DNA of 64,000 nt, from contig NC_133618.1 of the NCBI RefSeq assembly GCF_048593235.1, positions 18,764,468 to 18,828,467 on the forward strand, written 5' to 3'. Under the pieces are notes generated by a model. The model saw nothing but the letters and a program-made list of their open reading frames with translations. It did no database searches and was not told the origin of the DNA. Positions 12,053-24,784 of this stretch are shown here, piece after piece; within the stretch, counting starts at the first letter, position 1, and each line of letters opens with the position of its first letter. A program made the translations under genes and the position numbers. The stretch is from Sminthopsis crassicaudata (taxonomy: Eukaryota).

Positions 12053-13079
12053 GAACCTTCCAAAATCTAATACTTCATTACACTCCCACTACATGCAATC
12101 TTTGATATATTCCCATGTCCCTCCCTCCCCTTGCCACATTATCATATGTTCGAAAATGATGGATGTCTCCTCCTTAAGGGAGGAAAAGTTAATAAACATG
12201 AGGTTTATTAAGCATGCTCAATTAAAATTTTTAAAAGGCAGACCCAGAGGCTATAACATCACAGAATCAGAGAGCAAGACCTGGAAGGAATGGTTGGGCT
12301 TCTCTAACTCAAACTCCTCCTACTACAGATAAGGTAAACTGCAGCCCAGGAAGGTGAAGAGGCTCGACCAAGATCCCACAGGTACTGATTTGTACCCAGA
12401 GCCTCTGATTCCAGAGTTAGCACTCATCTCTTGTAATTCCATGGTTTTAGGAATGAACGATTGTTGAACTGATGAATCGATGCACTAACCTCCCTCTTTG
12501 GCCATCTCTAGAGGAAATAAGCAGTCAGTGGCCGCCCATAAATGAGACACTGCAGCCTGTGACTGTGGGAAGACAGCCCCAAAGGCCTCACTCTGTCACA
12601 ATTACTACAAAGAACAGGTGTGCCAGTGAATTATTGCTGAGCACAGCCAGCAAGTCGGGGGAGCCCAGCTGCTCTGCAAATGCTCCCGGCCAATGCTCTT
12701 CACCTGATACAGAGCTGCACAGTGGGACGTTGTACCAGCATCTGTCTGCTCAATGGTTCTCACCAACCTCAACATTCAGGCAGCCACAAAGCAGCAACAG
12801 CTCAGTGAATAGTAGAGCTTGGAGGATGGAGTGGGGAGTCCTGTTGTAGGAGACTGTTTTGTAACATCAAAAAGTCACTAGTGAATTGGAACAATTTTTA
12901 AAAATGACACTGATTATATTTTTAAGATCCCTTGGTTTAAGAAAAATGTGACTATGAAAAGCTCCTATTGAAAATTAAATGGCATTACAGTGAATTAGGG
13001 CTATATTTTATTCATCCCAACAGAATTGATACTTTGAAAATGGTATAGATATAGATAGTAGTTAATATTTCTATAGTAC

Positions 13080-13297
13080 AGCATGCCAAGCTCTATGCTA
13101 AGTGGTTTACCTATAGTTTCTCACTTGATCCTCACAACAGTTCAGGGAAGCAGGTGCTCTTATCATCCCCATTTTCCAGAAGGGAAACTGAGACAGAGGG
13201 TTAAGTGATTTCCCCAGGGCCACACAGCTAGTGAATGTCTGAGGTTGGATTTGAACTCAAGTTGTCCTGACTTCAAGCCCACTGCACCACCTAGCTT
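13080..13297 (-). mobile_element. CORE-SINE (MIR/WSINE-related)
   Basis: ggaaactgagacagagggttaagtgatt...ggatttgaactc...gcaccacctagct. Confidence 0.85.
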
Positions 13298-13304
13298 TTG
13301 AGCA

Positions 13305-13510
13305 TCCTCACACACACATTCATTCACTCACACACTCATACACAATCACATCTATTCAGATACACTCATACAAATACATTCAATACAGATTTATGTATGT
13401 ACATATATTTGTGTATATATACATATATATATACACAAATATATGTACATACATACATACATATATACACATATATACATTATACATATATATATAATGT
13501 ATATATTCTA
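13305..13510 (+). repeat. Compound degenerate (CA)n grading into (TA)n microsatellite
   Basis: cacacacacattcattcactcacac... then tatatacatatatatatacac.... Confidence 0.85.
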
Positions 13511-13808
13511 TATCAGAAAGATCTATATTTAAATATTACCATACTACCTTAGATATTGACTATCTCTATGACTTTGGGCAGATCATAAGGCCCAGAGAGG
13601 TGAATTGTGGTCAAGTCCTCATCTATTAAATAGGAAGGTTGATGAGAAAACCTCTAAGGTCTCTTCTGGCTCTTTAGCTATGATCAAGCTACAAATTACA
13701 GATGAATAATAGATCAATAAAGACAGTCTCCATACCCAAAATTGTTATGGGCCTGAACTTGAAACAAAGTGCTAAGTCACTGTCATTGATAGTCATTAAT
13801 AGAGACAA

Positions 13809-14235
13809 TGATGATGTACTTAGTACTTATTCCTAAGTTCATTTATTAGAGTTCACACTTTAAGAGAGCATATATAAGGAGGAGCTCCCATAAGCCCACA
13901 GAAGCCCACAAGCCCACTCTCGGAGGTGGAGTCAGATTCATTCCCCACTTCCACCTTTGTGCTGGCTGGAGACATTGGGAGGACAAGAGGCTGAAGCTGG
14001 CAGAGACAAAGGACTAGTGAAAAGAACCAAGGAGAAAGATGGGCCTCTATTAAGCTAACTAGGCCCCAGGAAAAGATTTAAGCCTTTGAAGGAGAAAATA
14101 AAGGATTTGGACTTTAACTCCTGGCTGAATTTGAGGTGAGGTGATCATTACTCTGAACTGAAAGGAAGGCTGCCTCCAGAAGCCCCCCAAGAAATCTGCT
14201 CCCAGAGAACATTATATTTTAGAGAAGAACATTAC
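13809..14235 (+). mobile_element. ERV solo LTR
   Basis: TATA-like gcatatataagg at ~13868, AATAAA at ~14097, ends ...gaacattac. Confidence 0.7.
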
Positions 14236-14689
14236 CCAAAGTCTCTCACATCAGTATGTCCACCTGTGTGAATACAATTGCTCTTTCATTGTGTCCATTT
14301 TGGGATCTCTAGGTAGTAGGAAGATGCGGCAATAGCAGGATTCCTAGGTTAGGACTGACATCCAGGTGTTTCTATAAAGTGGAACTCTTAGCGTAAGACT
14401 ACAAAAGTTTTTATGTGAGTAGTGCCTTTAATGGTCACAGGATCAGTATCTTTTTTCCCCAGTTAATTAGCAATCAATCAATGCACCAACATCTTCCAAA
14501 GTCTTGTTAAGTGATTCAATAAGGATCAGCAAGTTGGTCCTTATAACTGTATTGTGAAAGTGCATAATGGGGAAAAAAGTATAAGAAGACAAAAGGTATA
14601 AAAGAAAAGTTTTTAAAGAGTTTTACATACCAAACAAAGGATTTGATATTTGATTCTGGATATAATAGGGAAATGCTAAAGTTTAAGTG

Positions 14690-16260
14690 AATGATCGTTC
14701 TTTTGTGGAACTATATTACAAAATGAAAGGATATAGCCTTTCAGAGGCTTGTATTTGAAGATCAAATTTTCTGTTCAGCTCTGGTCTTTTTTTATCAGAT
14801 ATGACTGAAAATCTCTATTTCACTGAATGTCTATCTTTTCCCCTGAAAGATAATGCTTAATTTTGCTGATGGTTGATTCTTGGTTATAGTCCAGGCTCCT
14901 TTTCTTTCTGGAATATCATATTTTAGGCCCTCTGATCCTTTTTTAACAAGGAAGCTGCTAGGAATTGGTAATCCTGACTATAGTTCCTCAATACACAAAT
15001 TATTTCTGGTTTCTTGTAGCATTTTCTCCTTGATATTTCTGGAATTTGGCTATAATATTCTTCAGAGTTTTCATTTTCAGATCTGTTTCAGGAGATCAGT
15101 GGATTTTTTTCAACAAATATTTCACCCTCTGGTTCTAGGATATTAGGGCAGTTTTGCTTTATGATTTCTTGAAAGATGATGACTAGGCTCTTTTTTTCAT
15201 TGTGGTTTTTGGGTACTCCAATAATTCTTAGATTGTCTCTGCTGGATCTATTTTCTAAATCAATTGTTTTTCCAATAAGATATTTTATGTTTTCTTCTAT
15301 TTTTAAAAATATTTTTAAAATTTTGTTTGACTCTTGATTTATCAAGTCATTCATTTCCATTTGTCCAATTTTAATTTTTAGTGAATTATTTTTTGCCTCC
15401 TTTTGCATTTGACCAATTGTGCTTTTTAAAAAGAAGTTTTGTTCAGTGGCTTTTTTTCCATTTCATCAATTCTATTTTTTAAGTAGTTGTTTTCTTCACT
15501 CAGCTCCTGTACTTCCTTTTCCAAGATGTTGGCTTTCCCACAAACCTCTCATAAGTCTCCTGCAATGCTCTCATTCTTTTCCCCGTTTTTCTTCTCTGTC
15601 TCTAATAAGATCCTTTTTGACCTATTCCAAAAGAGCCCTTTGAAGTATATATCCCTCTTTGATGCTTCATTTGCACTTATTTGCCTTTTGCTGTCCATTT
15701 CTGAGTAGATGTTCTGGTCTTCTCTGTCTCCATAATAGCTCTCCATGGTCAGAGCTCTTTTTTGCTTTTTTGCTCATTTTTTAAAGTTTAAGGTCTCCTC
15801 TTAGAGCACTGGAGATTGACAGGAGCTTCCTCTGCAGGGCAACAGAGGCTTCTCACTGATTGTTCTGAGGGTGAAGCTGCAAGCTTCCCTATTGCTCTGA
15901 ATGGCCTGGTCAAGACCTACCTATTATGATGGAGTTCAGTGGCTCACAATTTGCCTTTTGTGATTTCATTGGAAGTCTCACAGCTGGACTGCTGATCTGG
16001 CCTTTTGCACCAGGACAGAGTAATAAATGTTGCTATACTTTGACTAAGGACGTCCCCCTAGATTCCAGCACTGGACATCCTTGCAATGAACTTTCCTGAA
16101 TCAAGTCTGTCCTGGGTCACATTTACTGCTGCCCAATCAGGACAAACCTTTCCTAAAATCCCTCTAAGATATCTTAATCTGAAAAATTATTATATTCCAA
16201 ATATTTGTGGATTTTGTCACTCCAAATCCAGTTAGGCAAAATCCAGTGGAGAGCTCAAGC
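14690..16260 (-). mobile_element. Old L1 5' portion (ORF1 remnant and probable 5' UTR)
   Basis: Minus ORF 15088-15408 contains DLENRSSRDNLRIIGVP...IIFQEIIKQNCPNILEPEG, the L1 ORF1p coiled-coil/RRM junction motif. Confidence 0.85.
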
Positions 16261-16427
16261 AATGTCGTGTCTACTCTCTGCCATCTTGGTTCTGTCTCTG
16301 ATTCATGAAAAAGGGAAAGGAAACATAGAGGGGAATGTGAATGCCCGGACTAACAATCATGAAAAGATGACCTCTATGTTCTCAGGAAGAAAAGAGTCTG
16401 CAGGGGAGGGAAAGGAAGGAGGGCAGC

Positions 16428-16659
16428 TGTTAGGTTCTTACTTCTTCCCAGAAGCCCTTGCATTATCCCACGCCCATTATCTGGGAGGATAAAGAGGGCA
16501 GCTCTGGAGGAATTACTTCAACCAATGAACTTGCTCCTCCTAAGAATGCAAGCTCTTCCTCAGGAAAGGCCTGAACTAGAGAACTGTCAAGTATCGACTT
16601 AGCACTTAGTAAGAACCTAATATTTCATTATCTCATTAGCACTTAGTAAGAACCTAACA
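16428..16659. mobile_element. Rearranged fold-back LTR fragment with 14-bp terminal inverted repeats
   Basis: tgttaggttcttac (16428) ... gtaagaacctaaca (16659); inner segments match the 21936-22375 LTR in opposite orientations. Confidence 0.85.
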
Positions 16660-16959
16660 GCCTTGTCTCAGTGGATATTCCACTGATGAATGTTCCTATG
16701 GGTGAAAAAAGAAGAGATTCTCTGTGAAGAGAGAAGGGGACTTTATACTGGGTATGGTCTGGGAGATTTGGTGCTTGATAATGCCATTTACCCTGGGTGG
16801 GAGGGGGTGGAGAGGTAGTTGAGATTCTTGAGGACAACTGACAACTAACAGATGTTTGTGTGATAAGAATGAAACAAACCCAAAATTTCTGGAAAGCAGT
16901 TAAATTAGTGCTCAGAGAAAAAAATTAATTTTCCTATAAATATACAATAACAAAATAGA

Positions 16960-18170
16960 AAAAAGAGGATTCATAAACATGATGCATTCATTTTGAAATA
17001 AAAAGAAAAAGTCAACAAGCCTAAAATAATCACAAAAGAAAAATTTTAGAAATGAGAGGTTGTATGAATAAATTCAAAATACAGGAAAACTATGGAAATT
17101 ATACATGAAACTAAAAGCTAGTTCTGAGAAGACAAATAAAATTGATAAACTTTTATGTAATTTGATTGAAAAGGGCAGAATATTAAATCAATAAAACAAA
17201 TAAGCATTGTGAAATCACAGCAAAACCGGAAGAAATGTTTTAAAAAAAATAATTCAGAACATACAATATATAGTTGTAGGGCAACAAAACTGAGAACATA
17301 AAAGAAATAGATGGGGGCAGCTAGGTGGCACAGTGGATAGAGCACCAGCCCTGAAGTCAGGAGGACCTGAGTTCAAATCTGGTCTCAGACACTTACACTT
17401 CCTAGCTGTGTGACCCTGGGCAAGTCACTTAACCCCAGACTCAAAAAAAAAAAAAAAAAGAAATAGATGAATATTTTCAAAAATATACAATATCCAAACT
17501 ATCATATCAGATAAGAGATCTTAAATAACATTTTTTTAAAGAGTAAAATTTAATTGTAAAGAAAGTATCAAAGAAAAATACTCCTGGACTTGATGGAGTC
17601 ATAGAATTCTGTCAAACTTTTAAAGAATAATAGTACCCATACTGCACAAATTATATTCAAAAATTGAGAAAAAAAAAGTGGTCTATCTGAATCCTTTTAT
17701 GAAACAAATATAGTTCTACTACTTCCTTAAAGCAAGGAAGAATAAAACACAGTAGTAAAACTATTGAAAAAATATTATTGAATACTAATGCAAAACTTTT
17801 AAACAAAATTCTGCCAAACTACACAACCAATTTATCCAAGAAAAATTCTATAATGACCAAGTGGAATGCATACCAGGAATCCATAGATGGTTTAAATCAG
17901 GAAAATATTAACATAATTGATCATATTGAAACAAAACATCTCAAATCATCTGATTATCTCAATGCAGAAAAGGCCTTGACAAAATGCAGCAATCTCATGT
18001 ATAGGGACAGAGGGACTTTTTTAATATCAATAAAAAGTATCTATTTAGACAGGGTGGGAATGTATTGATTGACTACATATTTGCTATGAGAGTTTTGTTT
18101 TTCTTTTTTTGTTTCAAATTAGGGAAGGGTGAGAGAGGGCAAATAAATGCAGGCTGATTAAAAATAAAAT
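16960..18170 (+). mobile_element. Old L1 ORF2 (RT-region) remnant plus 3' UTR piece
   Basis: MNTNAKLLNKIL and ...NAEKA peptides in ORF 17778-18068 resemble L1 RT motifs; interrupted by a SINE. Confidence 0.8.
17314..17456 (+). mobile_element. WSINE1-type SINE, young
   Basis: Near-canonical sequence with A tail; TSD aaagaaatagatg at 17301-17313 and 17457-17469. Confidence 0.95.
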
Positions 18171-20239
18171 GGGAAAAATAATTTTCAATGATTATAAAAT
18201 AAAGAAAAAGAATTAGGAATTGTATGAAGTAGATGCAAGGCTGGAGAACATTCCAGGCATGGAAGAAAGATTGTGCATAGAGGTTGGAGATGGAATATTG
18301 TCTACAATGAATGGTAAGCAGGCTAGTTTAGTTAGAACACAGAGTATCAAGCTCCGAAACTACCTCACTGAATGACCCTAGGCAGATCACTTACCCTCAG
18401 TTTGCCATAATTTCCTCAACTGGAAGAACAGTACCTACTTCACAGGATTGTTGTGAGGATCAAGTGATATATTTGTAAACTACTTAGTACAGGGCCTTCT
18501 ACGGAAGCAGAAAACAGAGAAGATATTTAACAAATATTTCTCCCTTTTATTTCCTCTCCTCTGAAGGAGATTAATGAGAAATAAGTCTGGAAAAGTAGAT
18601 TAAATCCCTTTAGATACTGAAAATTTTTAAAGTCATGCAAAAGATTATAATTGATCCTGGAAGATTCTCAAGAAAAAGGAGGAGAGACAGGGAAAGACTT
18701 GGGCTTTAGGAAGACCAATTTGGCAATCTCGTCAGGGACGATTTGGAGAAAGGAGCTTAGGAGACTGCTGAAATAGTCACAGCAAGAAAACATGGAAATG
18801 TGAACTAGATGGCTGTTAGAACTGAAAGAAGACAAGGAACGTTACAGAGATTGTCGATAATTTTATCATTTTGTCTGACAAAGATCCCTCCTACCTCAAA
18901 AGAAGAAAGCTGTCAATAAATTCTAAAGGAGAAGTTTTACATGCTTCCTCTGTGCAATTTGATAACAGTAAGTACATCAGTTGCTCAGAGGAGTGAAGGC
19001 TACTGGAGTTCAAGTACTGGTTCAGCTCATCCTTGCCTATCAAAAGTTCTTTTAAGGCAATCAATTGCTGTACAGTGTATGTGTTCAGAGGTTATGAATT
19101 TGGATACAGAGGGCCTGAATTCAAGTCAAGGCAAGTCGCTAAATCCCTCTGGGTCTCAGTTTTTTAATTTGTCAAATGAGAGAATTGGACAAGAAGAACC
19201 TCTTAGATTTCATGCTTTTGTTGATTTTTAATATTCCATGTTTTAAGTTTATTTCTAGTCAAATATATGTTCTAAGATTTCCCCACTCTAATATTCTACA
19301 TTTTATATGATCTCCCCATTTTGACATTCCTTGTTCTGTGTTCTAATGGTCCTCTAAGAGCTGACACTCTTTTCTTTGGATCCTTCCCAATCCTGACAGT
19401 CTATGAGTTTGTGATTCTAAGATCTATACTTCTAAAAATATGGGGAAAAGAATTTCTTTCATTGTCTTGGCCAACAGAAATAGAAGTGAGATTTTTTTCT
19501 GGACAATATAATGCATCATTGAAAATCTATGTTTTTTTTTTCTTAATAGGACTATCAATTGCTTCTTAGCCTTTGGGTGCCTTTCAGTAGAAAACAAACC
19601 AACCCAAATCACCCTGAAGAGAGAAGCAGGCTGTACAAAATTGTTCCCTGTCTACCAAGACATGATTATTTTCTCCCTTCTGATTATCATCTGCAATTCC
19701 TAAGTGGTGTCTCATTTAGAACTTTGGAATGGAATTTGAGTTGGCTCACAGAAGCTTAGAGAGGAAATGAGGAGACAGCCCATTTCACACAGCAGAGAAT
19801 CTGCTGCTAAACTTTAAGCAGTTGATATTCACAAACATATATTTGGGATATTCCAGCTTCCTCAAGGATACCTCTATATCCCCTTCTAAGATTCATGCTT
19901 CTAGAATCTGTGTAAAGTGAGAGACACAATTGCATTCAGTAGAATGCAATGAACATGAAACTTAGAGGGTGTTGTTTGAAAATTCACCTCTGTTGTTTCA
20001 GATCATTTTAACAAGAGCTAGGACTTTGGAAATCAGCAGTTCAACTCTCCTAATTTTACAGAGAAGGAAACTGAGGTTCTTCTTCAGAATCTGGAGTCCT
20101 GAATTTTAATCTCAATACTGACACTTAACAGACTATGAACCAGCCATTTAATTTTTCTTAGAACCATTACATTGTCTGTAATGTAGAAGAATACATTGCC
20201 TACTTCTTTGTGATCTTATGAGAAAAGTACTTCAGGAAA

Positions 20240-21150
20240 GCAATAAGCATTTATTAAGTGCCTACTGTATGCCGGACATGAGAGATGCAAAGAAATGCAA
20301 AAAAAAAAAATAATTTCTGCTGTCAAATAGTTCACAGTCTAATGAAACAACACGCAAACAACTCTACAAACAAGATATAAACAGAATTAATTGAGATATT
20401 CTCAGAGGGAAAGCGCTACGATTAAGGAAGAGTAGGAAAGGCTTATTGGGATTTTAGCTGAGTCCTGAAGAACTCCAGGAAGCCGGGTGGAAAATGAGGA
20501 GAGAGAATATTCTATGCATGGGAGACAGCCAATGAAAATGCCCAGAATCTGGATATTGAGTATCTTATTGAAGGAAGATTAAAGAGACCAATGCCACTAT
20601 TTCTCAGAATCTATGAAAGAGTATAAATTGTAAGAAAACTAGAAAATAGGGAAGGATTTATAAGAGCTTTAAAAGAGAGAATCTTATATTTTATCCTGGA
20701 GGAAATAAGAACCACTGGATTCTATTGGGTAGAGGGATGATATAAACCTGAATTTTAGGAAGTTCATGTTGACAAATAAGTAAAAGACAAATTGGAGTGG
20801 AGGAGATTTGAGACAGAAGTATTAACCAGAGTACTATTGCAATAGTTCGGGTGTAAAGTGATGAGGGCCTTCAGCTTGCTGCTGGTGATGTCAGAGGAGA
20901 GAAAGAGACATTTTTGAAAGATGTAACAAAGGAAAACTTACAGGACAACTCATTGTTGTGGGAAAGAGTGAGAATTTAAAGATGATACCTAGGTTGTAAA
21001 CCCTAATGAGTGGGACGATGCTGCTATCCTCAAAAGCAATTGGAAGATTAGGAAAAGGAAAAGGAAAACGTCTCCAGTTTTAAATGTGTTGAGTTCAGGA
21101 TGTCTTGGGACATCCAGCTTGAGATGTTTAAAAGGTAATTGAAGAAGTAA
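20240..21150 (-). mobile_element. L2 LINE 3' fragment
   Basis: aagcatttattaagtgcctactgtatgcc (reverse complement of L2 3' end) followed by purine-rich L2 body. Confidence 0.75.
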
Positions 21151-21758
21151 AGAACTAGAAAATTATGAACTGTTGTGATTGTGATTGTGGCTGTTATGAT
21201 TGCGGTTGCTATCGTTATTATTATCAATTACTGTTACTTTATGCATGTGTTATATAAGAGAAGAGATCCAGAGAATCACTTCATATACCCTACATTTGCT
21301 AAAATTTATTTAAATCTGCTTAATTCTTAAGGTACCCCTAGAAATCACAGTGAAAGTGGAAGAGAGGCAGATTTAAGTTTGACAATAAGAAAACACATCT
21401 CAACAATTCTAACTGACTGAAAATGGAATGGGTCAGCTTGACTGAAGGTCTTTAAGCACTTGTCAGTTCTCCCCTACTGCAGCACTCAAACTCAATGCCT
21501 GGTACATGGGAGGCACTGAATAATTGATAGCCCAATGATTGACTACCACATAAAGCTTTCCATAGCCCTGAATAAAGCTATCTTTTCAGTCTAATTGCAC
21601 ATAAGTCTCCTTCACACATCTTGCTTGCATAATTAGCATTCTCTTAACAACACTCCAACTCCACTGGCTATTTTCCATGCCTGGAACTCCTTGCTTACCT
21701 TCTTCCATTGCAATCCCTCTCCTCCTTCAAGATGTAATTTAAGCACAACTGTATTTCT

Positions 21759-22575
21759 TTTTGTAAGCATTTCTGACTTTTTATTTTTGATTAAAACTTT
21801 TTATTTTTCAAAACATGTGTGGTCAAGTCTTCAACTTTAACCCTTGGAAAACTTTGTGTTCCAATTTCCCCCTTTCCCCCACATCCTCCCCTAGATGGCA
21901 AGTAGTGCAATATATGTTAAACATGATAGAAATCTTGTTAGGTTCTTACTAAGTGTTAATGAGATAATGAGATATTAGATTCTTACTAAGTGCTAAGTCG
22001 GTACTTAACAATTTTCTAGTTCAGGTCTTTCCTGGGAGTTTGACTTGTGAATTCCTGCAGAAGAGCTTGCATGCTTAGGAGGAGCAAGTTCATCGGTTGA
22101 AGTAATTTTTCCCAGAAGCCCTTGCATTATCCCACGCCCATTCTCTGGGAGGATAAAAGAGGGCAGCTCTGGAGGAAAAGGAAGTCTATGCTCTAGACCA
22201 GACTTGAAGCAGCTCTCTGCAGGAAGGGAAATCACTTCTCTGGACCAAAGTTAACAACAACTGTCTGGAGACAACGGCTCTCTACAGGAAGAAGAATCTG
22301 TCCTAGAGATTTGAGTTGACACAGCAGATCTCCTCCCAGAGAGCGATCGGCAGCTCCTAGAGACAACAGCACGTTGTTAAATATGCAAACGTATTTATAC
22401 AATTATTGTGCTACACAAGAAAAATCAAATCAAACCAGTAAAAAAAAAAAAGTAAAATAAAATTCAAGCAAGGGACACCAAAAAGAGTGAAAATGCTATT
22501 TGTGAACCACATTCAGTTCCCACAATGCTCTCTCTGGCTGTCGATGGGTCTCTTCATCACTGAACAATTGGAACT
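21759..22575 (-). mobile_element. 5'-truncated L1 3' UTR, split by an LTR insertion
   Basis: Poly(T) end and marsupial L1 3' UTR motifs; TSD candidate gcacaactgtatttct (21743-21758) / gcacaaccttatttct (22576-22591). Confidence 0.85.
21936..22375 (+). mobile_element. ERV solo LTR (family A, near full length)
   Basis: Starts tgttaggttc; 22-bp direct repeat in U3; TATA-like ggataaaag at ~22150; ends ...gagacaacagcacgtt, lacking the terminal aca seen in the 28646 copy. Confidence 0.9.
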
Positions 22576-23122
22576 GCACAACCTTATTTCTAAAGGAAGT
22601 CTCTCCTGGTCCTACCAACTGCTCGTGCTTTCTCTCTCAGGCTACCGGAAATTTAACTGTTCTGCATGTCAGGGTATTTATTCTACTGATAAAAGAATTT
22701 CTGGTTCAGGCTTCTTGCCACTTAACTAAGAAAAACTCTGCCCCAGATTCTATCTTGAGCTTCCTGTCATTGTTTGCTTGAGGTAAAGATGTCACATCTC
22801 TTTTCGAAATGTGCCAAAGTCAACTTTGGGACACAAACTACAGTCCCAGTCTTGACCAATTAGCTCTTGCTGCAGATATCCTTTTTTTGTCACTGTTGAT
22901 TTTTGTTTCCCTCTGTGTAAATTTATCTTTCCCATTTTACTCTATGCAAAATTCTATTTTATCCATCCTACTTAGATATTCACTATTTGTGTGGTGTGTG
23001 TGTGGGTGTGGATGTGGATGTAATATCTGTTCAAACACATCCTGGGCTTTCCTTAACCCTTTTGTATATGATCAATGTAGCCTGTACCTCAAGTAGAGTA
23101 CCCTGTAGACTCTATTCCTAAA

Positions 23123-23261
23123 NNNNNNNNNNNNNNNNNNNNNNNNNNNNNNNNNNNNNNNNNNNNNNNNNNNNNNNNNNNNNNNNNNNNNNNNNNNNNN
23201 NNNNNNNNNNNNNNNNNNNNNNNNNNNNNNNNNNNNNNNNNNNNNNNNNNNNNNNNNNNNN
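23123..23261. other. Assembly gap (139 N)
   Basis: Run of N. Confidence 1.
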
Positions 23262-23534
23262 TCATTTCGACAATATATTGACAGCAGTGTCTAACCAAAG
23301 GATCCAGATAGTTTGACACTTCTCTTCATATTTATTCTACATATATTTAAGTGTGATTATTGTCTTCTCGATTAGAATGTAAATTCCTTGTGAGTATGGA
23401 TTTCATCCACTGATTTTGTATCTGGAGCCCCTAGCACATTGCCTGACGTATGGTAGGTGTTTAATAAACGTCTGTTAATTGATTGACTGATTGATTGTTA
23501 GACAGCCTGCTTGGTTGGTTGGAGTTCAGTTCCA

Positions 23535-24260
23535 TTCAGAAAGCATTTATTAAGTCCTTACTATCTTCTAAGTATTGTGCTGAGGTGTTTGGATAGAGTC
23601 TGTAAAGGGCTATAACTGAGCAGATGCACTTGGATAACTGAGCACATGAGGCTAATTACCAATTGGATAATTGGAAGATGGACCTACTGAACTCTTTGCT
23701 GGCTCAATAGGTGGGTGAAGGGGAAGTGATATTAGTAGGTGGAGTAGGAGGAAGAGGAGGGTCATGCTCCCAGTGGTGGAGAGAGAGGAAGGAGATGTGG
23801 AGATTGCTAGATCTAATCCCCTCAACCGCAAAAGACCAAGAATAAAGACTTTTGCTTATCCTGACTCCTGCTGATATTCTAAGGGTCCCAACAAGAGACA
23901 AAAATTGAATAGACCCTACCTTCAAGGATATTACATTCTATTTAAAAAATGTGCATAAATAAATCATTAAAAGCATACATAAAATATACAAAGTAATTTT
24001 GAGGAGGAAAACTAGCAATTGGGACTATGAAGAAAACCCTTTGGAAGAAACTGGCATTTAAGATAAACCTTGAGAATAACCTGAATCAAGTTATGGAATT
24101 GGGAGATGGGATGTTGTGGGCAAAGAACAGAAATTAGGTCAATTTGATGTGAAAGCAAAATATTAGGGTCATTAATATGTAAGCAGTACACAGATAGATT
24201 GGAGCCCAGAAGGTGAAAGGCTTTCCATTGCAAACAAAACAGAAGAGTCTATATTTTATG
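23535..24260 (-). mobile_element. L2 3' fragment interrupted by an LTR (tail-to-tail with a + strand L2 end at ~23290-23500)
   Basis: aagcatttattaagtcc... on one side; gcacattgcctgacgtatggtaggtgtttaataaac on the other. Confidence 0.7.
23601..23893 (+). mobile_element. ERV solo LTR (family B)
   Basis: tgtaaagggcta...AATAAA...cccaaca; flanks agagtc/agagac; same ends as the 55027-55327 copy. Confidence 0.85.
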
Positions 24261-24784
24261 CCGGAGGCAACAGGGAATTACCCCAGTCTGTTGAGTTTGG
24301 TTGGATCAGATGGCTTCTGAAGTCCCTTCCAACTCTAAAATTCTGAGAATCTCTGATTCTATGATGTGGGTACAAGCACCAGTGGTTTAGATCACAATCT
24401 TCTTCCCCATTTCTTTTCTCCAAAAATATTTCAGGGCCTTCTGTGGCAGAAAAAGATCCATAATTCCCCTCAACTTTAGCTGGTCAGCCTCAGACAATAG
24501 ATTGGCCAGTTCAGATGATGTCTGAGATAACCTTTCAACTCTGAACTACTAGTTTACTGGAAAAGGCATACTGTCCATAGTTAGGACTGCACTAGAAGCC
24601 TCTGCTACTTATTAAGATCTGCTAGTATCCAGTAAGACCAGTTTGGGTGCTGCTGGCAAAGTCTTTGAGAGCCCAGGGTCATCTCCTTCCCTCCCAAGGC
24701 ATCCATCAGAAGAAAGTTTTAGTGGAAGGTTACCATTATTTGTAATAATACTAATAATAAGTTAATGCTTAAGGTCAGGTACAG

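Larger units (their letters stand above)
11452..12214 (-). mobile_element. Probable solo LTR (inside an older SINE, interrupted by a WSINE1)
   Basis: Begins tgttagaaatg immediately after a truncated SINE CORE; tttatt (AATAAA on minus) at ~11504; right end approximate. Confidence 0.45.

Noticed and set aside
11644-12105. K/G/E/R-rich 153-aa ORF and overlapping F/P/S-rich antisense ORF
   Set aside because: Translation of a SINE plus polypurine tract, which cannot contain stop codons.
19220-19430. Degenerate ~33-bp tandem 'tctaaggtcccttccagctctgacattct'-like units (also ~3530-3610 and ~4495-4680)
   Set aside because: Recognised as reiterated MIR3/L3-type 3' tails, which are common in marsupial genomes.
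22005-22235. Antisense ORF of 76-84 aa open in both near-full family-A LTRs (also 28764-29018)
   Set aside because: Shared simply because the copies are ~93% identical; starts are non-ATG, there is no recognisable domain, and the other two copies have deletions or truncation in this region.
22641-22780. Good acceptor (tttctctctcag) followed by ATGNLTVLHVR
   Set aside because: The near donor is weak, and the frame stops just before the stronger donor at ~22781.
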